A stretch of 64,000 bases of DNA from Andalucia godoyi And28 (Eukaryota > Protista > Jakobida), in assembly GCA_009859145.1 (NCBI GenBank), contig VRVR01000007.1, positions 248,001 to 312,000 of the forward strand. The letters are read 5' to 3'. A program made the position numbers and the translations under genes. Shown one piece after another: positions 22,774-34,739 of this stretch. The notes below the pieces were generated by a model. It ran no database searches. It saw nothing but the letters and a program-made list of their open reading frames with translations, and had not been told where the DNA came from. The first letter of the stretch is position 1. Every line of letters begins with the position of its first letter.

Positions 22774-25247
22774 ATGGATCTGTTTCAGTCCAGTGTTTCC
22801 TGTATTGGACCTCCACCGCTGTGCCTTTGGCAACCCATGAGTCACTTGCCAGATGATGAGCAGTCGTCTTCACGGCCCGCACCCAAGCGAGCAAAGACGA
22901 TTTCTGGGCCCCGCATTCCAGGCTTCGGCGAATCGGATGATGAATCAGTAGACGCTTCTGCGGATACCATTCAGGTGCTCCCTCTGGTATTCGGTTGTCA
23001 GAGAGATCGACTGTTGGTCACAGAAGCACCGTGGATCGCAATCACGGACGAGACTCCCGCCGCCCAAGATCCAGTCGGCTGTCCGTGTTGCTTGAACATC
23101 TGCAGCAGCAGCAACAACAACAATTCTTTTAACAATAACAACTCTTCCAGCAGCAACAGCAACAGCAGCAACAGCGTCTTCCGATGATCGATCCAACTGT
23201 CGATCGGTTGCTCACGATAGTTCAGTATCAAATTCAGCCTTTTGTCAGCAATGGCGATGTTCGTCAAGTCGACGATCGTCGCGGAAGTCTTGGCTCCCCG
23301 GATTTGTCTCAAACTTTGCATCCTCCTCAGCCGGTCATTTCGACACTGTCCGTCTGTGCTAGACGCGGGCCAGTGGACGCTGTTCGTCAAATACTGAACA
23401 CGATTAACGTTCCTTCGACTGCACCTTCCTCCGCCGCAGCGAGCAGACAACGAGTAAATGTCACATTTGGGTCTCCTTCAGTGGTGCCCACAAACAGAAG
23501 GGTTCGATTCAAATGTCATTTGTGTGGCAAGGGATTCGTCACAAAACCCCCTTCTTTCAGGATCTTAATCAGAGATGCTCTGAACGATGTTTTCTTCTTC
23601 TGGAGACTCGGTTGATGAGGTGAAATGGCCTCTCAATGCCGTACTGGAGTCCTGCGTTGAGAATGCTCGTAGCTTCCCTGACGACTTGGCCGAGACAGAT
23701 GATTTCGACTGGCGAAACATCCGATTCTGCGACGCCCGTCAACCTGGAGTGGACGGGCAGTTTTTTCGCGACATTTATGCTAGGGTCCAAAAGCGATCTT
23801 AACATTGGCAGTATGACGATGAGGGTTCAATGATTCCGCAAGCACCAGCAACAGATTCTGCAGACGCTGATCCTACTTTTCCAGAAGATCTGGATGATGT
23901 CCTGCAACAAGAACGATTTGCAGTCTATATGCGCTGGTTCACTGGAGAGCAGCTCAATTTAGCAACAGATGATCTTCGGAAGATTTTTGACTTGAATGGA
24001 GTTATGAATCTGTTTTACTTACCATATTGGAGAAACCGGGCTGCGGACGTCCTCCGGCGCCTGGCGTCCCTCGAGGAATATTCTCTTCCATCGCTGCAGG
24101 ATTCAGGGCATGCGGACGATCTCGAAACTCTCGCAGAACAATTCCATTTGGAGCGAAACCAGTTCGCTCACGAATCAAGCATTGAGTTGGGCGAGGGGGG
24201 GGGGGGGGGGGGGGGTACAAGGGTTGTTCGAAGAACTTCTGAGGCACAACTATAACGAAATTGGGAGGTGTAATTTGTCGGTTCTGGGGGGAAGACGCCG
24301 TGGGGGACGGTGTCACCCGAAATGTTCTTCTGTGGTTCTGGGATGAGTGCATTCGATCGTCTAATTTCGAAACCGGAGCTTCGTCTTCGACACGAGCAGA
24401 AAATAGGTGCTTTTTACGTTTCGGAGACAAGCTGGTCGTCAAAAATCATCTGTCGTTGACAGAGATCAATTTTGTCATCAAGCTTTTCGTTTGTCATTTA
24501 CTTTCTGGGACTTCCTTTCCGACCACCGTAGCCAAGTGGATGATAAAGTACGTATTCGCTGGCGTATTTCCTACTCAGGACTCCATTTTGCACTGCGGTG
24601 TGCGAATTCCACAATTGGAGGACGAAGATGATGTCACCAACTATCTGCGTCAGCAAGTATCCAGTTCCATGCATGTGATCCGCATGATCTTCCTGGGACT
24701 GCTCGTCCCGTCAGCTGATGCGGCTGCCAGAACTCAGGACACGATCTACAGAGTCTGCAGACTCTTGATTCGGCAGGACCCGCTTACCGAGGCTTGAATC
24801 AATGTCCCGGCTGCCTTCCGTTTCATTGGTGCGAACCTACAAGCATGTGAGATGATGCGAGATCATTTCACTCGATTTGTACAAGAATCCGTATGTCACA
24901 ATCGATCGGATTTTGTGTTGGATTTCCTGAGATGGTCGATGGCTGTTCCCTATCTAACAAGTGTTCTCACTATCGCACTTATCGATTCCCCAGAGGTTGT
25001 GGTCTTGGAGAGCATAGAACCCATTTCCGGTTCATTGCACTATCTGCAACTCTTGCAGAATACAACGGAGTCGCAGGTGGTGGTCGAGGCTCTTGAGCAG
25101 GATCCTTCGACACTCAGCTTTCGGGATCTTCCAGTGGCTGCTACTTGTTTTTCAAAAGTTACCATGAAGGCGGTAACGTCATTCACAGTATTTTGCGAAA
25201 GAATAAGAGCAGCTTTTATTGAGGGTAACCAAATGCTGCGTTCGTGA
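22774..25247 (+). pseudogene. Decayed HECT-domain E3 ubiquitin ligase gene with frameshifts and an in-frame TGA
   Basis: VICRFWGEDAVGDGVTRNVLLWFW (HECT start motif), FTRFVQES...LDFLRWSMAVPYL, and LPVAATCFSKVTM...FCERIRAAF with the catalytic Cys retained. TGA at 24795-24797 is in frame with the 24852 ORF. CHLCGKGF knuckle lies upstream. Confidence 0.8.
24195..24215. repeat. G21 homopolymer inside the HECT pseudogene
   Basis: Direct reading of the sequence. Confidence 0.9.
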
Positions 25248-26200
25248 GGAAGAATGGCAGACCGCTGGGGTGCGACAAGTGCAACAAAGAAAATCCCCGA
25301 GTATCTTTATTTGTAAAGTAAAACAACGTCAGAAAAAACGAACAAATGCTTAAGTTCGGGCTCTCATCGTCCAAACTAGACTAGGTTCATCTTCTAATGC
25401 ATTCGTGGGATCGAGTCACTTGCTGGGTGGATGGAAAGGTTTCAAAATGCAGGTTGCTTTTCAGGATCCGGTGGCCCATTTGCACCGCGATCTTCTCTCA
25501 TCCCTGGTGCTGATGATGTGGATCTGTCCAACACGGACGTGTCTTACTCGGCAACCTATCATTTGGAGTTTATTTGCAGAATTCATGGATATCAAGACGG
25601 ATGAAATCAAGTTCGAGCATCCACTGCAGGACTACGCTATGGGTTCACTTGCAAACGGTCGTTTCAGGAACCTGGTTTTTGACCTTTTTGGAGTTCGCTT
25701 CCCGATGCATATTCCTCAGCAATGGATCACCGTCGACTTCTTGGCAAACAACATTTTCAGAGCAATTGGCGAAGGTAGCACAGCGTGATCCAGCGCAGTC
25801 TGCAGCCGTGGCATCCCGGAGGCTCCAGACTCTCCTCTATGTCGAAGACAGCGCCGAGTGCGGCGACTGGTCCAGTGCAAGCCAATCGCGGTCGAAACGG
25901 CAAAAGAATTTATTTATGACGAATGGCGGAGGGCTTGTGTTGTACGTATGTGTGTCAACAGAACGTTGTGCCCAAGAGTGGGTCCATGGGCTCGTCCACG
26001 ATTCGTCGAGGCCATCCGAGACTTTTCATCCTTCTTTCTGAGCATGCGTTCGTGTTCGTTTGTACAGAAACAAGTCTGTGAATGAATGCATGTTCTCTCC
26101 GATGGACTGTATATCTTGCTACCATATTCTACCGCTATTTCGGCTTGCGGCCTCGATGGAGGACCTCAGATCAAAGAATCGAACGCAGCAGACAACCGCG

Positions 26201-27370
26201 CTATGTAACAAGTCTGGCAAAAGCCACAGACCTCCCAATGACTTCCAAACATGATTGTCGATCGGTTCCTGGAAAGGCTGCAACGGCATCGTTTAACAGC
26301 GTTTGTCTAGAAGCCCATCGACCTTCGGGAAAATGGTCGTTAGAAGACAGTACTGCCTGTGCAACAGGAATCGGTGACCCTTCCGGCAGAACGAATGCTG
26401 GAAGTGGATCTGGCAATGGGCTTGGCATACCAGCAATTGCAGTTGTTAACGGGCAATGCAAAGCTTCGGGACTGATTCTTCCCTCCGGAATACGCATTGT
26501 ATGCGAGTTCCATGAACGCTGGAAATCGGACAATGCAAGATCCACCTTCCCTCTCATCACTCGAGCAAGCATATCAAACTCCAATGCGTTGTCTAGATTG
26601 ATAGCAAAGGTTGTTTCAGCAGAGTACAACGTCGAAGTAAAACGGCTGATCAAGGAATCCCAGACAGTGCGCCACAAACGTTCAATACGAATATTGTGGA
26701 CGCTCTGCCCAGCAATGAAGCTGCCTCGATCAGGACCACGAAGAATCTCCATCATGTATGCCACACCAATATGTTCACCACCATGATCACAGCGGACTCG
26801 AGACGGGACGTAGCATAGATTTCCAATAACCTCCAAAAAAAGGGAAGCCACGCAAGAAGAGCTCATGATGCAAGAACACCGCAAACAAATAATTTTCCTA
26901 GAGAAACCATCAATGCACCCATGAATGTACAGACCCCATCTTTTCAGCTTCAAATTCGCATCCAAATGCCACAAATAACATGGTCCAGGAACGGAGTACC
27001 GACCACGGTGCACTCGGTTGTACCTCTGAATAGAGCGCGTGGCATGCCCTATGGGATCTGCGATGCGCAAAGTAGAACGGACAGAAGACCGTTGTACGAC
27101 AAAGCCCTGCGAACGAAGATGGTCTTGGACCATAGAAGCACCCCGCAACCCCTTATGAGAAGAAACAACGTTCTGGATGGAAGCTTGTAGAACAGTCGAA
27201 GAGACTCTAGTCCAACGTGAAATTCCCAGTTCGCGACACCGTCGGCGAACGGTGTATACAGATATGCCGTATAATTCTGCAATTGCTTGAAAGCTCAGAC
27301 CATTCTGCAGATGCGATCGGATGGAATGAGCATCAATGTCCATGCGTGGGGGCACTGTGGAAAGTGTCAT
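26201..27370 (-). CDS. Integrase-core (rve, IS3/IS481-like DDE) transposase with N-terminal HTH; frame is open upstream to about 27567
   Basis: SFQAIAELYGISVYTVRRR HTH; RGRYSVPGPCYLWHLDANLKL..WGLYIHGCIDGFSR; RVRCDHGGE; GQSVHNIRIERLW; D-D-E triad intact. Confidence 0.93.
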   Translation of the reverse strand: MTLSTVPPRMDIDAHSIRSHLQNGLSFQAIAELYGISVYTVRRRCRELGISRWTRVSSTVLQASIQNVVSSHKGLRGASMVQDHLRSQGFVVQRSSVRSTLRIADPIGHATRSIQRYNRVHRGRYSVPGPCYLWHLDANLKLKRWGLYIHGCIDGFSRKIICLRCSCIMSSSCVASLFLEVIGNLCYVPSRVRCDHGGEHIGVAYMMEILRGPDRGSFIAGQSVHNIRIERLWRTVWDSLISRFTSTLYSAETTFAINLDNALEFDMLARVMRGKVDLALSDFQRSWNSHTMRIPEGRISPEALHCPLTTAIAGMPSPLPDPLPAFVLPEGSPIPVAQAVLSSNDHFPEGRWASRQTLLNDAVAAFPGTDRQSCLEVIGRSVAFARLVT

Positions 27371-27837
27371 TCGCACGCTTGAATGTAAGGCACCTGCAGG
27401 AATGTTGGGCTGCAAGCCTGCACGTGGGCTGCGGAGGTTGGCAGGCGCAAGTTCATTTTCAAATGCATCTTCCCAAAACGACAGCAGAGATTGTGCGCAA
27501 AGTGCGAGACGAGGCCACAGTGTTCCCGAATAGAACGTCTCATCGACGGTATCCAGGACCTACACGATCAAAGAAAGGACATGCTCGATGGTAGAACGAC
27601 ATACAGCATCCAGGCGGGGACGCAATGATCTAATAACGCGATCTTCGCAACTTTCGCAACTCTCAAGCATGATACTCACTCTTCTCTCACTTGATGCTTT
27701 TGCTCGAATCCGGGCTCCATATACTTCAACGAAGGCGACGGCGACGACTACTTATCATTACTATTGTTGTAATTATTATGACTATTGTTAATTGTTATCA
27801 TTATTTGTCGGGGAAAGAGATTTTAGCAGGGATCAGA

Positions 27838-28305
27838 ATGAACAGAGGGAGTACAAGTGAAGAAATTGCAATTTATTCTCTGACAAAAGGAATTAAGAAT
27901 TCGCTTGCCAAAGTGTTTCAGAATGTGCAAAATGCGTATAATTTGCCTAATCTGAGCGAGACCGCAGAGCTATCTGGAGTTTCGAGCGATGACCCAGGAC
28001 AGTCGCCAGTGAATCTTTCTAAATCCGAACTGACGGCAGCGCAAAAGGCAGTTCTGAGCACCTTGGCTGAATTCGAGTCTGGATGCATCGATATGCTTTC
28101 ACTGCTTGATATTCTTCGCGATGGGCTCCTTCAGCAGGCATTAGACCTTGTTGAAAAGAACGGATCGCCTCTCATTGTGAACGGCATTGACTATTCGGAG
28201 ATGATTGCTGTTGCGAGAGAGGCTCTTTCGAGCGAAACGTCGCTTTCTGCACTGAAATCTTTTGCAGAAGGGATCGAAACGTCCGATGAACACGACCTTC
28301 GTTGA
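27838..28305 (+). CDS. Hypothetical protein
   Basis: 155-codon ATG ORF with ordinary globular composition; no family recognised. Confidence 0.4.
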   Translation: MNRGSTSEEIAIYSLTKGIKNSLAKVFQNVQNAYNLPNLSETAELSGVSSDDPGQSPVNLSKSELTAAQKAVLSTLAEFESGCIDMLSLLDILRDGLLQQALDLVEKNGSPLIVNGIDYSEMIAVAREALSSETSLSALKSFAEGIETSDEHDLR

Positions 28306-28387
28306 CCACAACCAACGGTTGATGATTGCCATTGCCGTTGTCGGGACGTACTTCCTTCTTGATGCGGATAGTTTGCTGCACAACGGT

Positions 28388-29692
28388 TCACAAGCAGGTC
28401 CTCTCATCTCTCAAAGAGATTTGGGTGGGAAAGAACCCGCATTTCGACAATTTTGAGAGTACGGCGACAGCCTTTTGGCAGATCAGCCGCAGCGCACACG
28501 AATCAAACTCAAATGTCAGATTTCCGAGTATTCGGTTGCTGTCTGCGTCCTGCGGTGTGAGGCAAGGCATCAGCTGCGGAAGCGCTGTTTTCCAATAGTC
28601 CAAAAACTCAATTTCGTATTCCTGGATAAACTGGTCCCACGTGAACGTGCTGTCTGCGGCGACTTGGGGAATCCGGAGCGACAAGTCATCAAAGTATTGT
28701 CGAAGAATATCGGCTTCTGCTTCTGGAGAAGCAACAGCAGCAGCGTCGATGCCGCTCCAGATGAGGTAGACGAGATCCGAAGCGCAACTGGCAGACCCTG
28801 TCCACTGGAAATCGAACGTTGCGGCAGCATCGCTTTGGCCGTCGACCCCCGGGAACAGAATGTTTGCAGTCTTGAAGTCACCGTGCACAATTGTTGAGCT
28901 GAACATACTTGTTGCTGTGGCAACAGTGTCAATGTTTGACGACAGGAGCTGCATCAGCATCACTGATTCGTCATTCAGCAAATCCGTCATGTCAAAAGCT
29001 GTGCAGACGTGTTTCCAGACGCGTGGAATCGTTTCAAATTTCACATGGGGCCGGAGTTCTTTTCTCCACCAACAACCTTGTTTGAAGAGCGTTTGGCGCA
29101 ATGCGGCGTGAGGGTCTGCACCGATCTTTGGTTTCCAGAAGTGTGCATGAAATGATGCCAAGAGACGGATGGACGATGCAATGTGAATCGGAGACAGCAC
29201 CAGCGACTGGTAGAATTGCGAGGGGAACCTTTCCATCAGAATTGTAAACTGCATGTCGATTTCGTCGTCTCCTACCCTTTTCACGTCTACAAAGTATGTT
29301 TTTGGAATGGGCAACGAGGAGGTCGCACGACCAGACATGGATTTGTAAAACTGAGCTTCATTATGAAACGACTGAACACTGACAGTCCATCGTTCGATTC
29401 CTTTCGACGGAAAGCGATGTCGTAGGCGCACGACGTTCATTTGCTTACAAAACAACTGGAGATGCGTCGTTTGTGTGCATCCCTCCCGATCGGATTGCTC
29501 CAACACAACGTCGATGAACGCACAATCGCTCTGCTCGAGTATCCACTCATTTGCACAACTCACCGACTGAATCCGACCTTTCCACGCTGGAACGGCCTCA
29601 GAAAGATAGTCCGGCATTAGAAAACCAAACAAATTCTTGGCTTCCATTCTTTCCTGTCTGCTCATCGTCACCAACGACGCAAACACTCCCAT
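28388..29692 (-). CDS. Ecdysteroid-kinase-like / APH-family phosphotransferase (start uncertain)
   Basis: FHNEAQFY, LASFHAHFW, IVHGDFKTANILF and FDFQWTG...SDLVYLI. Confidence 0.85.
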   Translation of the reverse strand: MGVFASLVTMSRQERMEAKNLFGFLMPDYLSEAVPAWKGRIQSVSCANEWILEQSDCAFIDVVLEQSDREGCTQTTHLQLFCKQMNVVRLRHRFPSKGIERWTVSVQSFHNEAQFYKSMSGRATSSLPIPKTYFVDVKRVGDDEIDMQFTILMERFPSQFYQSLVLSPIHIASSIRLLASFHAHFWKPKIGADPHAALRQTLFKQGCWWRKELRPHVKFETIPRVWKHVCTAFDMTDLLNDESVMLMQLLSSNIDTVATATSMFSSTIVHGDFKTANILFPGVDGQSDAAATFDFQWTGSASCASDLVYLIWSGIDAAAVASPEAEADILRQYFDDLSLRIPQVAADSTFTWDQFIQEYEIEFLDYWKTALPQLMPCLTPQDADSNRILGNLTFEFDSCALRLICQKAVAVLSKLSKCGFFPTQISLRDERTCL

Positions 29693-29874
29693 CCAGAGAT
29701 TCAACCGACGACGACGGAGCAGGAGGGAAGGGGGGTTAGTGGAAAATAAAAATAAAAATGCACCCGATCTACATCTGCTGCGGCCTCAAAGAAACCCTCT
29801 GATGGTGCGACATGCTGAAAAACAGTGGAAAGAAAGATGAGCAGCACACCGTTATCTACACTGAGTTTTTACTG

Positions 29875-30443
29875 CTATTCCTTCATCTTTGGCATGCTTC
29901 GGACCCACCACCAAACGACAGCGGTGAGGAAAATGATGATATTTTGGAGCACGATAGCGATTCCAGGCCACTGATCTCCCGAGTTGGACTGGAGCCATCT
30001 GTCGACAGCGATCCAAATGGCAGCAACAAAGCTTGCCATTGATGTCAGAAGTGCGAAAAAAAGCCAGCCTTTAGCAAGCGCAGGATTAGACGACGAGCTT
30101 AGCGAATCTGTCTTGAGCGCATTATAGTCCAACACGTTTAGCATCAGCAGTCCAATGCTCCCGAATATCCCTGGAAGCACGTATGCTCCCGGAACGATCT
30201 TTGCAGACGAGTTGTCCTGCGAGTATATGTACCCGTCAATGAAAAGCAACCATGCAACAGCAAACTACATGTGCAGCCCACCTCACCAAAACAAGCAAGC
30301 AGCAACAAGGAACATAAGAAGGTTGAAACGCACCTCATTGATTATATATAAAAAAGAACAGGGGTTGATTAATGGCTAACAGCACCAAAAAAGAAAAAAA
30401 AAAGACATACAGATGCACCCGCAATATAAGAAGAAATGCCCAT
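29875..30443 (-). CDS. Vps68/TMEM50 (UPF0220) membrane protein, two exons (30443-30411, 30264-29875)
   Basis: The spliced product SSYIAGASFAVAWLLFIDG...PGIFGSIGLLMLN...AKGWLF matches the family pattern; intron GTATGT...TAG. Confidence 0.8.
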
Positions 30444-30839
30444 TCCTTCTCCTGCTATACCCCCCCACTCGTCTCTCTTCTCGTCTCTCTTCTCGTCTCT
30501 CTTCTGTCGTCTGTCGTCTGTCGTCTCTCTGTCTCTCTCTAATGACAGCCAGCTTCCAGCGACCATTACTGCGAAATCTCGATCCACCAGCAAGTCCGCA
30601 CCGAAAGGATTCGTTGCGCTTCGAGTTCCCCTAGCATCAAAGCATCACGTGTTAGTTTCGCGGGTTCGCAAGAAATGAAGAGGAAGCCAAAACGAATGGG
30701 ACAGAGGAACACGCTTATGCAAGGCTTACGCTTCACAGTTCACATTGGGAGCGCACGCATACACACACATACGAAGAGGGAAGTGCAATAGGAAAAGATC
30801 TGTTTACAACGAGAAGAAAGCGGATCCAGTGTGTCGGAT

Positions 30840-32697
30840 ATGGACCGTACTTCTTCTCCGTCGTCGTCGGCGCCATCGGCATCAGAGGAATCGGAAAGTG
30901 ATTCTGCGTTGATGGCGCAGATCCGATCGAGTAATGTGGACTTTCTGGATCTCGCATCGAAAAGTAAGCTTATGGAAGATGAGTCGGTTTATGGAGTTTC
31001 TGTCAGTCTTGCGCCTGAGATGGTAAAAGCTGCCGAAGCGACCCGCCAGCTTTTGCAGGACTTCAGGAGCAAGAAACAGCTGAATGCGTCGATCGCATCT
31101 GGGTTTGCGACTTCTCGACAATACGATTCCGATGATGAGCGATCCATGATCAAGGACGCAAGCAAGACAATGTCGTCCTCAGGGAGCGAGTCTTCGCTTT
31201 CTTCCATCGAAGGCGACAATGACAACGGCAATGACTCTGAAAAGTCAGTGATGGAGGAATCGCGCGAGAATCTGGAAGAGTCCGCGTTCATCGCTGTGGA
31301 GGATTCTCGCACGGTGGATAGGAGCAGTGCCCCGGTTGCGGAGCTTGCACAATTTCCAGTTTGGTGCGACGAGTTGTGTAGAAAGATGTGGGCGACGGAG
31401 ATGCCGATGGCCGTCCGGCTGCATAATGAGATTGTTGCGTTCGCAGGGTTTATGAAGCTCTCCAAGGAGGAAGCGCTGTTGAACGACTTGACAATTTTGA
31501 GACTGCGAAAGTTCTTCTCAAAGGGCACGTTCGAGAGCCTTGTTGTTCCTTTCGGATCTTCCGGGGTCGGCCTTTCTCTGCCGCTGGCGGACATTGATGT
31601 TGCGGTGTTCGCACGGCACGGTGGTGCTCACAATGCAAAGAGAAGGCTGCACGCTGTCGCATCATTGCTCCAAAAGAGCGGCATTGCGACAAACGTGAAA
31701 GTAATCGGAAAGGCAAAGATCCCACTTATCAAGTACACCGATTCGGTGACTGGGGTGGACGTGGACGTGAGCTTTGATTCCTCCAATGGCGTCCGAAATA
31801 CGCAATGTGTCCACAACCTATTGGAAGATTATCCAGAGGCCCGACCTTTGATTTGTGTTCTGAAATATGTACTGAAGCTCCGGAAGCTAAATGAAGTGTT
31901 TACTGGTGGCCTTGGATCGTATGCGCTGGTGGTGATGGTGATTTCTTTCCTGCAGCAGTTTACGAGGAACTTCGCCATGGACGCTCGACATCAGCAATCG
32001 AATCTTGGCGTGTTGCTCATGCACTTTTTGCGGTTTTACGGTTTCGATTGCAATTACGACATGATTGGCTTCCGAGTGGTCGGAGAGGGATCGTATTTCG
32101 ATCGAAGTCGCGCGCATTTTAGAGGAATGGGAAACGATGGCAAGCTTTGCATCAAGGATCCCGAGGACAGTGACAATGATCTGGGTTGCAAGTCGTACAT
32201 GTATCGGCAAGTTCAGGAAGCATTCGCTGCGTGTTGGAAGTTGTTGGTGTCCAGGCGACTCAACGACATTCTCATTCGAAGTCACAAGAGTCGAAAGTGG
32301 GATGCCGAGGACCCACATCAGATGATGGAGGACCTTCTCTTGGCACATCATTCGACCACTCCGTTCAACGACTTTTCTGAACTGCAAGAGGCCCCAACAT
32401 TGTTGTCAAGAATTCTTAGAATACGAAGCTTCGATGCGAGGAAACGTAGACACATGCAGCACGTTATTTATCCATTGGCGGTGAAGGACGCCGCTGCACT
32501 CAGCGAGGAGAGTGCAGATTATGCCAAGGTTCACTCGGTGAAGAACGTCTTTCATCTTCTTGGAGAGCGTTTCCAGTTCGATGCGTACATTTCTGAAGAA
32601 GACGGCCCAGAAATTGAGGACAGTCAACTTAATGTGCAAGGATTCTTTGACGAAGCCAGTCAGCGAATTGACGATCATGGCAGTGATGATGATGATG

Positions 32698-32734
<37 letters not shown>

Positions 32735-33167
32735 TGATGATGATGATAATAATGCTAACGATGCATTTGAGGAGGACGAAGATTCTGGCTACGAAAGCGA
32801 GGTTGAAATTGTAAGCGCTTCTTCTTCTCGACAACCGAATGCGACACAGACCAGCGCTCATCCGAAAATTGCGATGCCTGGCACCGGCCAAGCCGAGGTT
32901 GCGAAGTGGCAAGCCGACAAGCCTTCATCTTTCAGTATTGCTGCGGAAAAGAGGTTTACGGACTCGAGCGATGACTCTTCGGTTGTGGAAGTTGCGAACT
33001 CGGGGAGCGTTCACAAGCAACTCTATGCGTCCTCAACTTCGGACTCGGAGTCCTGCGAGGAACCTTTGCCCAAATTGTCAAAGCCGCAGCACATTCATTC
33101 TCGGCAGCATCCTCCGGCCGATCGATCCCACGGATCTCGTCGTCGGCCTCAGCGTGACAAACGGTAG
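30840..33167 (+). CDS. Non-canonical poly(A) polymerase, Trf4/TENT4-like
   Basis: PFGSSGVGLSLPLADIDV, KAKIPLIKY, VDVDVSF, LNEVFTGGLGSYAL, PAP-associated LCIKDP.D..NDLG, acidic tail. Confidence 0.92.
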
Positions 33168-33445
33168 GTGGGGAATCATAAAAGCATTTTTTAAAATATT
33201 AAATTGATGATTGCCAATTCTGCAATGGCTTGCGGCTGCAAACGCCATTTCCAACCGGAGACGCGGAATCGTCGCTTGACCAAAAAGGCAGGAAAATGAA
33301 ATTAAAAAAAAATAATAATTATTAAAAATCAAATCAAATCTATACACCTTTTTTCTTTTCCTTTGAGCAGTCGTGAACAGATGTCCACCATGCAGCAAAG
33401 GGGGAAAAAAATCAAAACGCGGTGCAGGATTACTTCCCAAACTTT

Positions 33446-34642
33446 TCACCGCCCGCTTTGTTGTTCTAGAAAGTTTGCGAGCCGTTCCTCGCGGTCCTTT
33501 TGATCGAGCGCATTCACGAAATCGTCTAAAAGCTCTCCGTCCATCATGAACTGGTAGCCATGTTTGGAGAATCCTATTCTATGATCAGTGATTCGATCCT
33601 GTGGAACATTGTACGTCCGTATCTTTTCGGACCTGTCCCCCGTTCCAATAAGGGATGACCGCTGCCTATTCTGCTCTTGCTGCAGCTCTAACCGTCTCAT
33701 TTCAAAAATACGCGCTCGCAAAATCTTCAATGCTTTCGCCTTGTTCTTGTGCTGAGACCGATCATCCTGGCACGTAACAACGACGCCCGTTGGAATGTGC
33801 GTGATTCGCACAGCCGATTCTGTCTTGTTCACGTGTTGTCCGCCAGCCCCGCCAGCGCGGTAGGTATCAATCCTAAGATCATCGTCGTGAATTTCAGCTT
33901 CACCGTCAAGAGGTTCGTCGGAATCTGGAAGAACGGCAACCGATGCCGTGGACGTATGAACCCTTCCTGCAGCCTCCGTCGCTGGAACCCTCTGGATGCG
34001 ATGCACTCCAGATTCAAATTTCAGCAGTCCGTACGTACCATTTGGCGCCGCAACGGACAGCACAGCTTCTCGGATTCCTCCTACCTCGGTATTTGACACT
34101 GACAGCACTTCGGCTTTCCACTGTGGAGTCTTTTCAGCGTACCGCACATACATTCGAAGCAATTCCGATGCAAACAAGGAGGCTTCGTCCCCTCCCGCGC
34201 CCGAGCGAATTTCAATAATGGAATCTGCGTCATCCGATGGATCTTTTGGCAGAAGATCCAGCATCAGTTGTGATTTCGCTTCAGAGACACAGCTCATCAA
34301 CTCCGCAATCTCCGACCGCGCCAGATCGGCCAAATCTGCATCCTTTCCGCGAATCATTTGATCGCAGTCCTGGATGCTCTCGAAAATCCGTTGATACTCT
34401 TCGATTCTAGTCAAGATTGGATGCAAATGCGATATCCGCTTCGCCAATTTCGGCTGCGTTTGCACATCTTCCAACAGCCGTGAATATTCAATCTTGAGCT
34501 CCGAGCACGCATTCATGATCGCAGGCGGAAGACGAATCTCGGAAAGCGGATCTTTTGCAGAAAAACGTCTCTGAAACAACGGCATGATCCGCAAAGGAAG
34601 TTTTAGAAAGACGGTCCGAATCGGGCTGAGTATGCTAAACAT
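33446..34642 (-). CDS. MRF1: Mitochondrial peptide chain release factor 1 (PrfA-type)
   Basis: EIRSGAGGDEA, LKFESGVHRIQRVPATE, GAGGQHVNKTESAVR, RSEKIRTYN; basic N-terminal presequence. Confidence 0.95.
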   Translation of the reverse strand: MFSILSPIRTVFLKLPLRIMPLFQRRFSAKDPLSEIRLPPAIMNACSELKIEYSRLLEDVQTQPKLAKRISHLHPILTRIEEYQRIFESIQDCDQMIRGKDADLADLARSEIAELMSCVSEAKSQLMLDLLPKDPSDDADSIIEIRSGAGGDEASLFASELLRMYVRYAEKTPQWKAEVLSVSNTEVGGIREAVLSVAAPNGTYGLLKFESGVHRIQRVPATEAAGRVHTSTASVAVLPDSDEPLDGEAEIHDDDLRIDTYRAGGAGGQHVNKTESAVRITHIPTGVVVTCQDDRSQHKNKAKALKILRARIFEMRRLELQQEQNRQRSSLIGTGDRSEKIRTYNVPQDRITDHRIGFSKHGYQFMMDGELLDDFVNALDQKDREERLANFLEQQSGR

Positions 34643-34739
34643 CTGTCACAACACAAAAAAAAATACGCAAAACTCACAACACATGTAAGAGTAGCAATAA
34701 CAGCGGATTCCTGGAGAAGAAAAATAATAATAAATAAGG

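Larger units (their letters stand above)
22640..27665. mobile_element. Candidate rve/IS3-like integrase DNA transposon carrying a HECT ligase gene (exact ends unresolved)
   Basis: Convergent HECT pseudogene and integrase gene, bracketed by inverted 9-bp-period repeats: TTGCGAATG units at 22643-22690 and TTCGCAAC units at 27643-27665. Confidence 0.55.

Noticed and set aside
27700-27735. CCATA near 27717 as a TAYGG-type terminus of the integrase element
   Set aside because: No matching left terminus with a shared target-site duplication was found.
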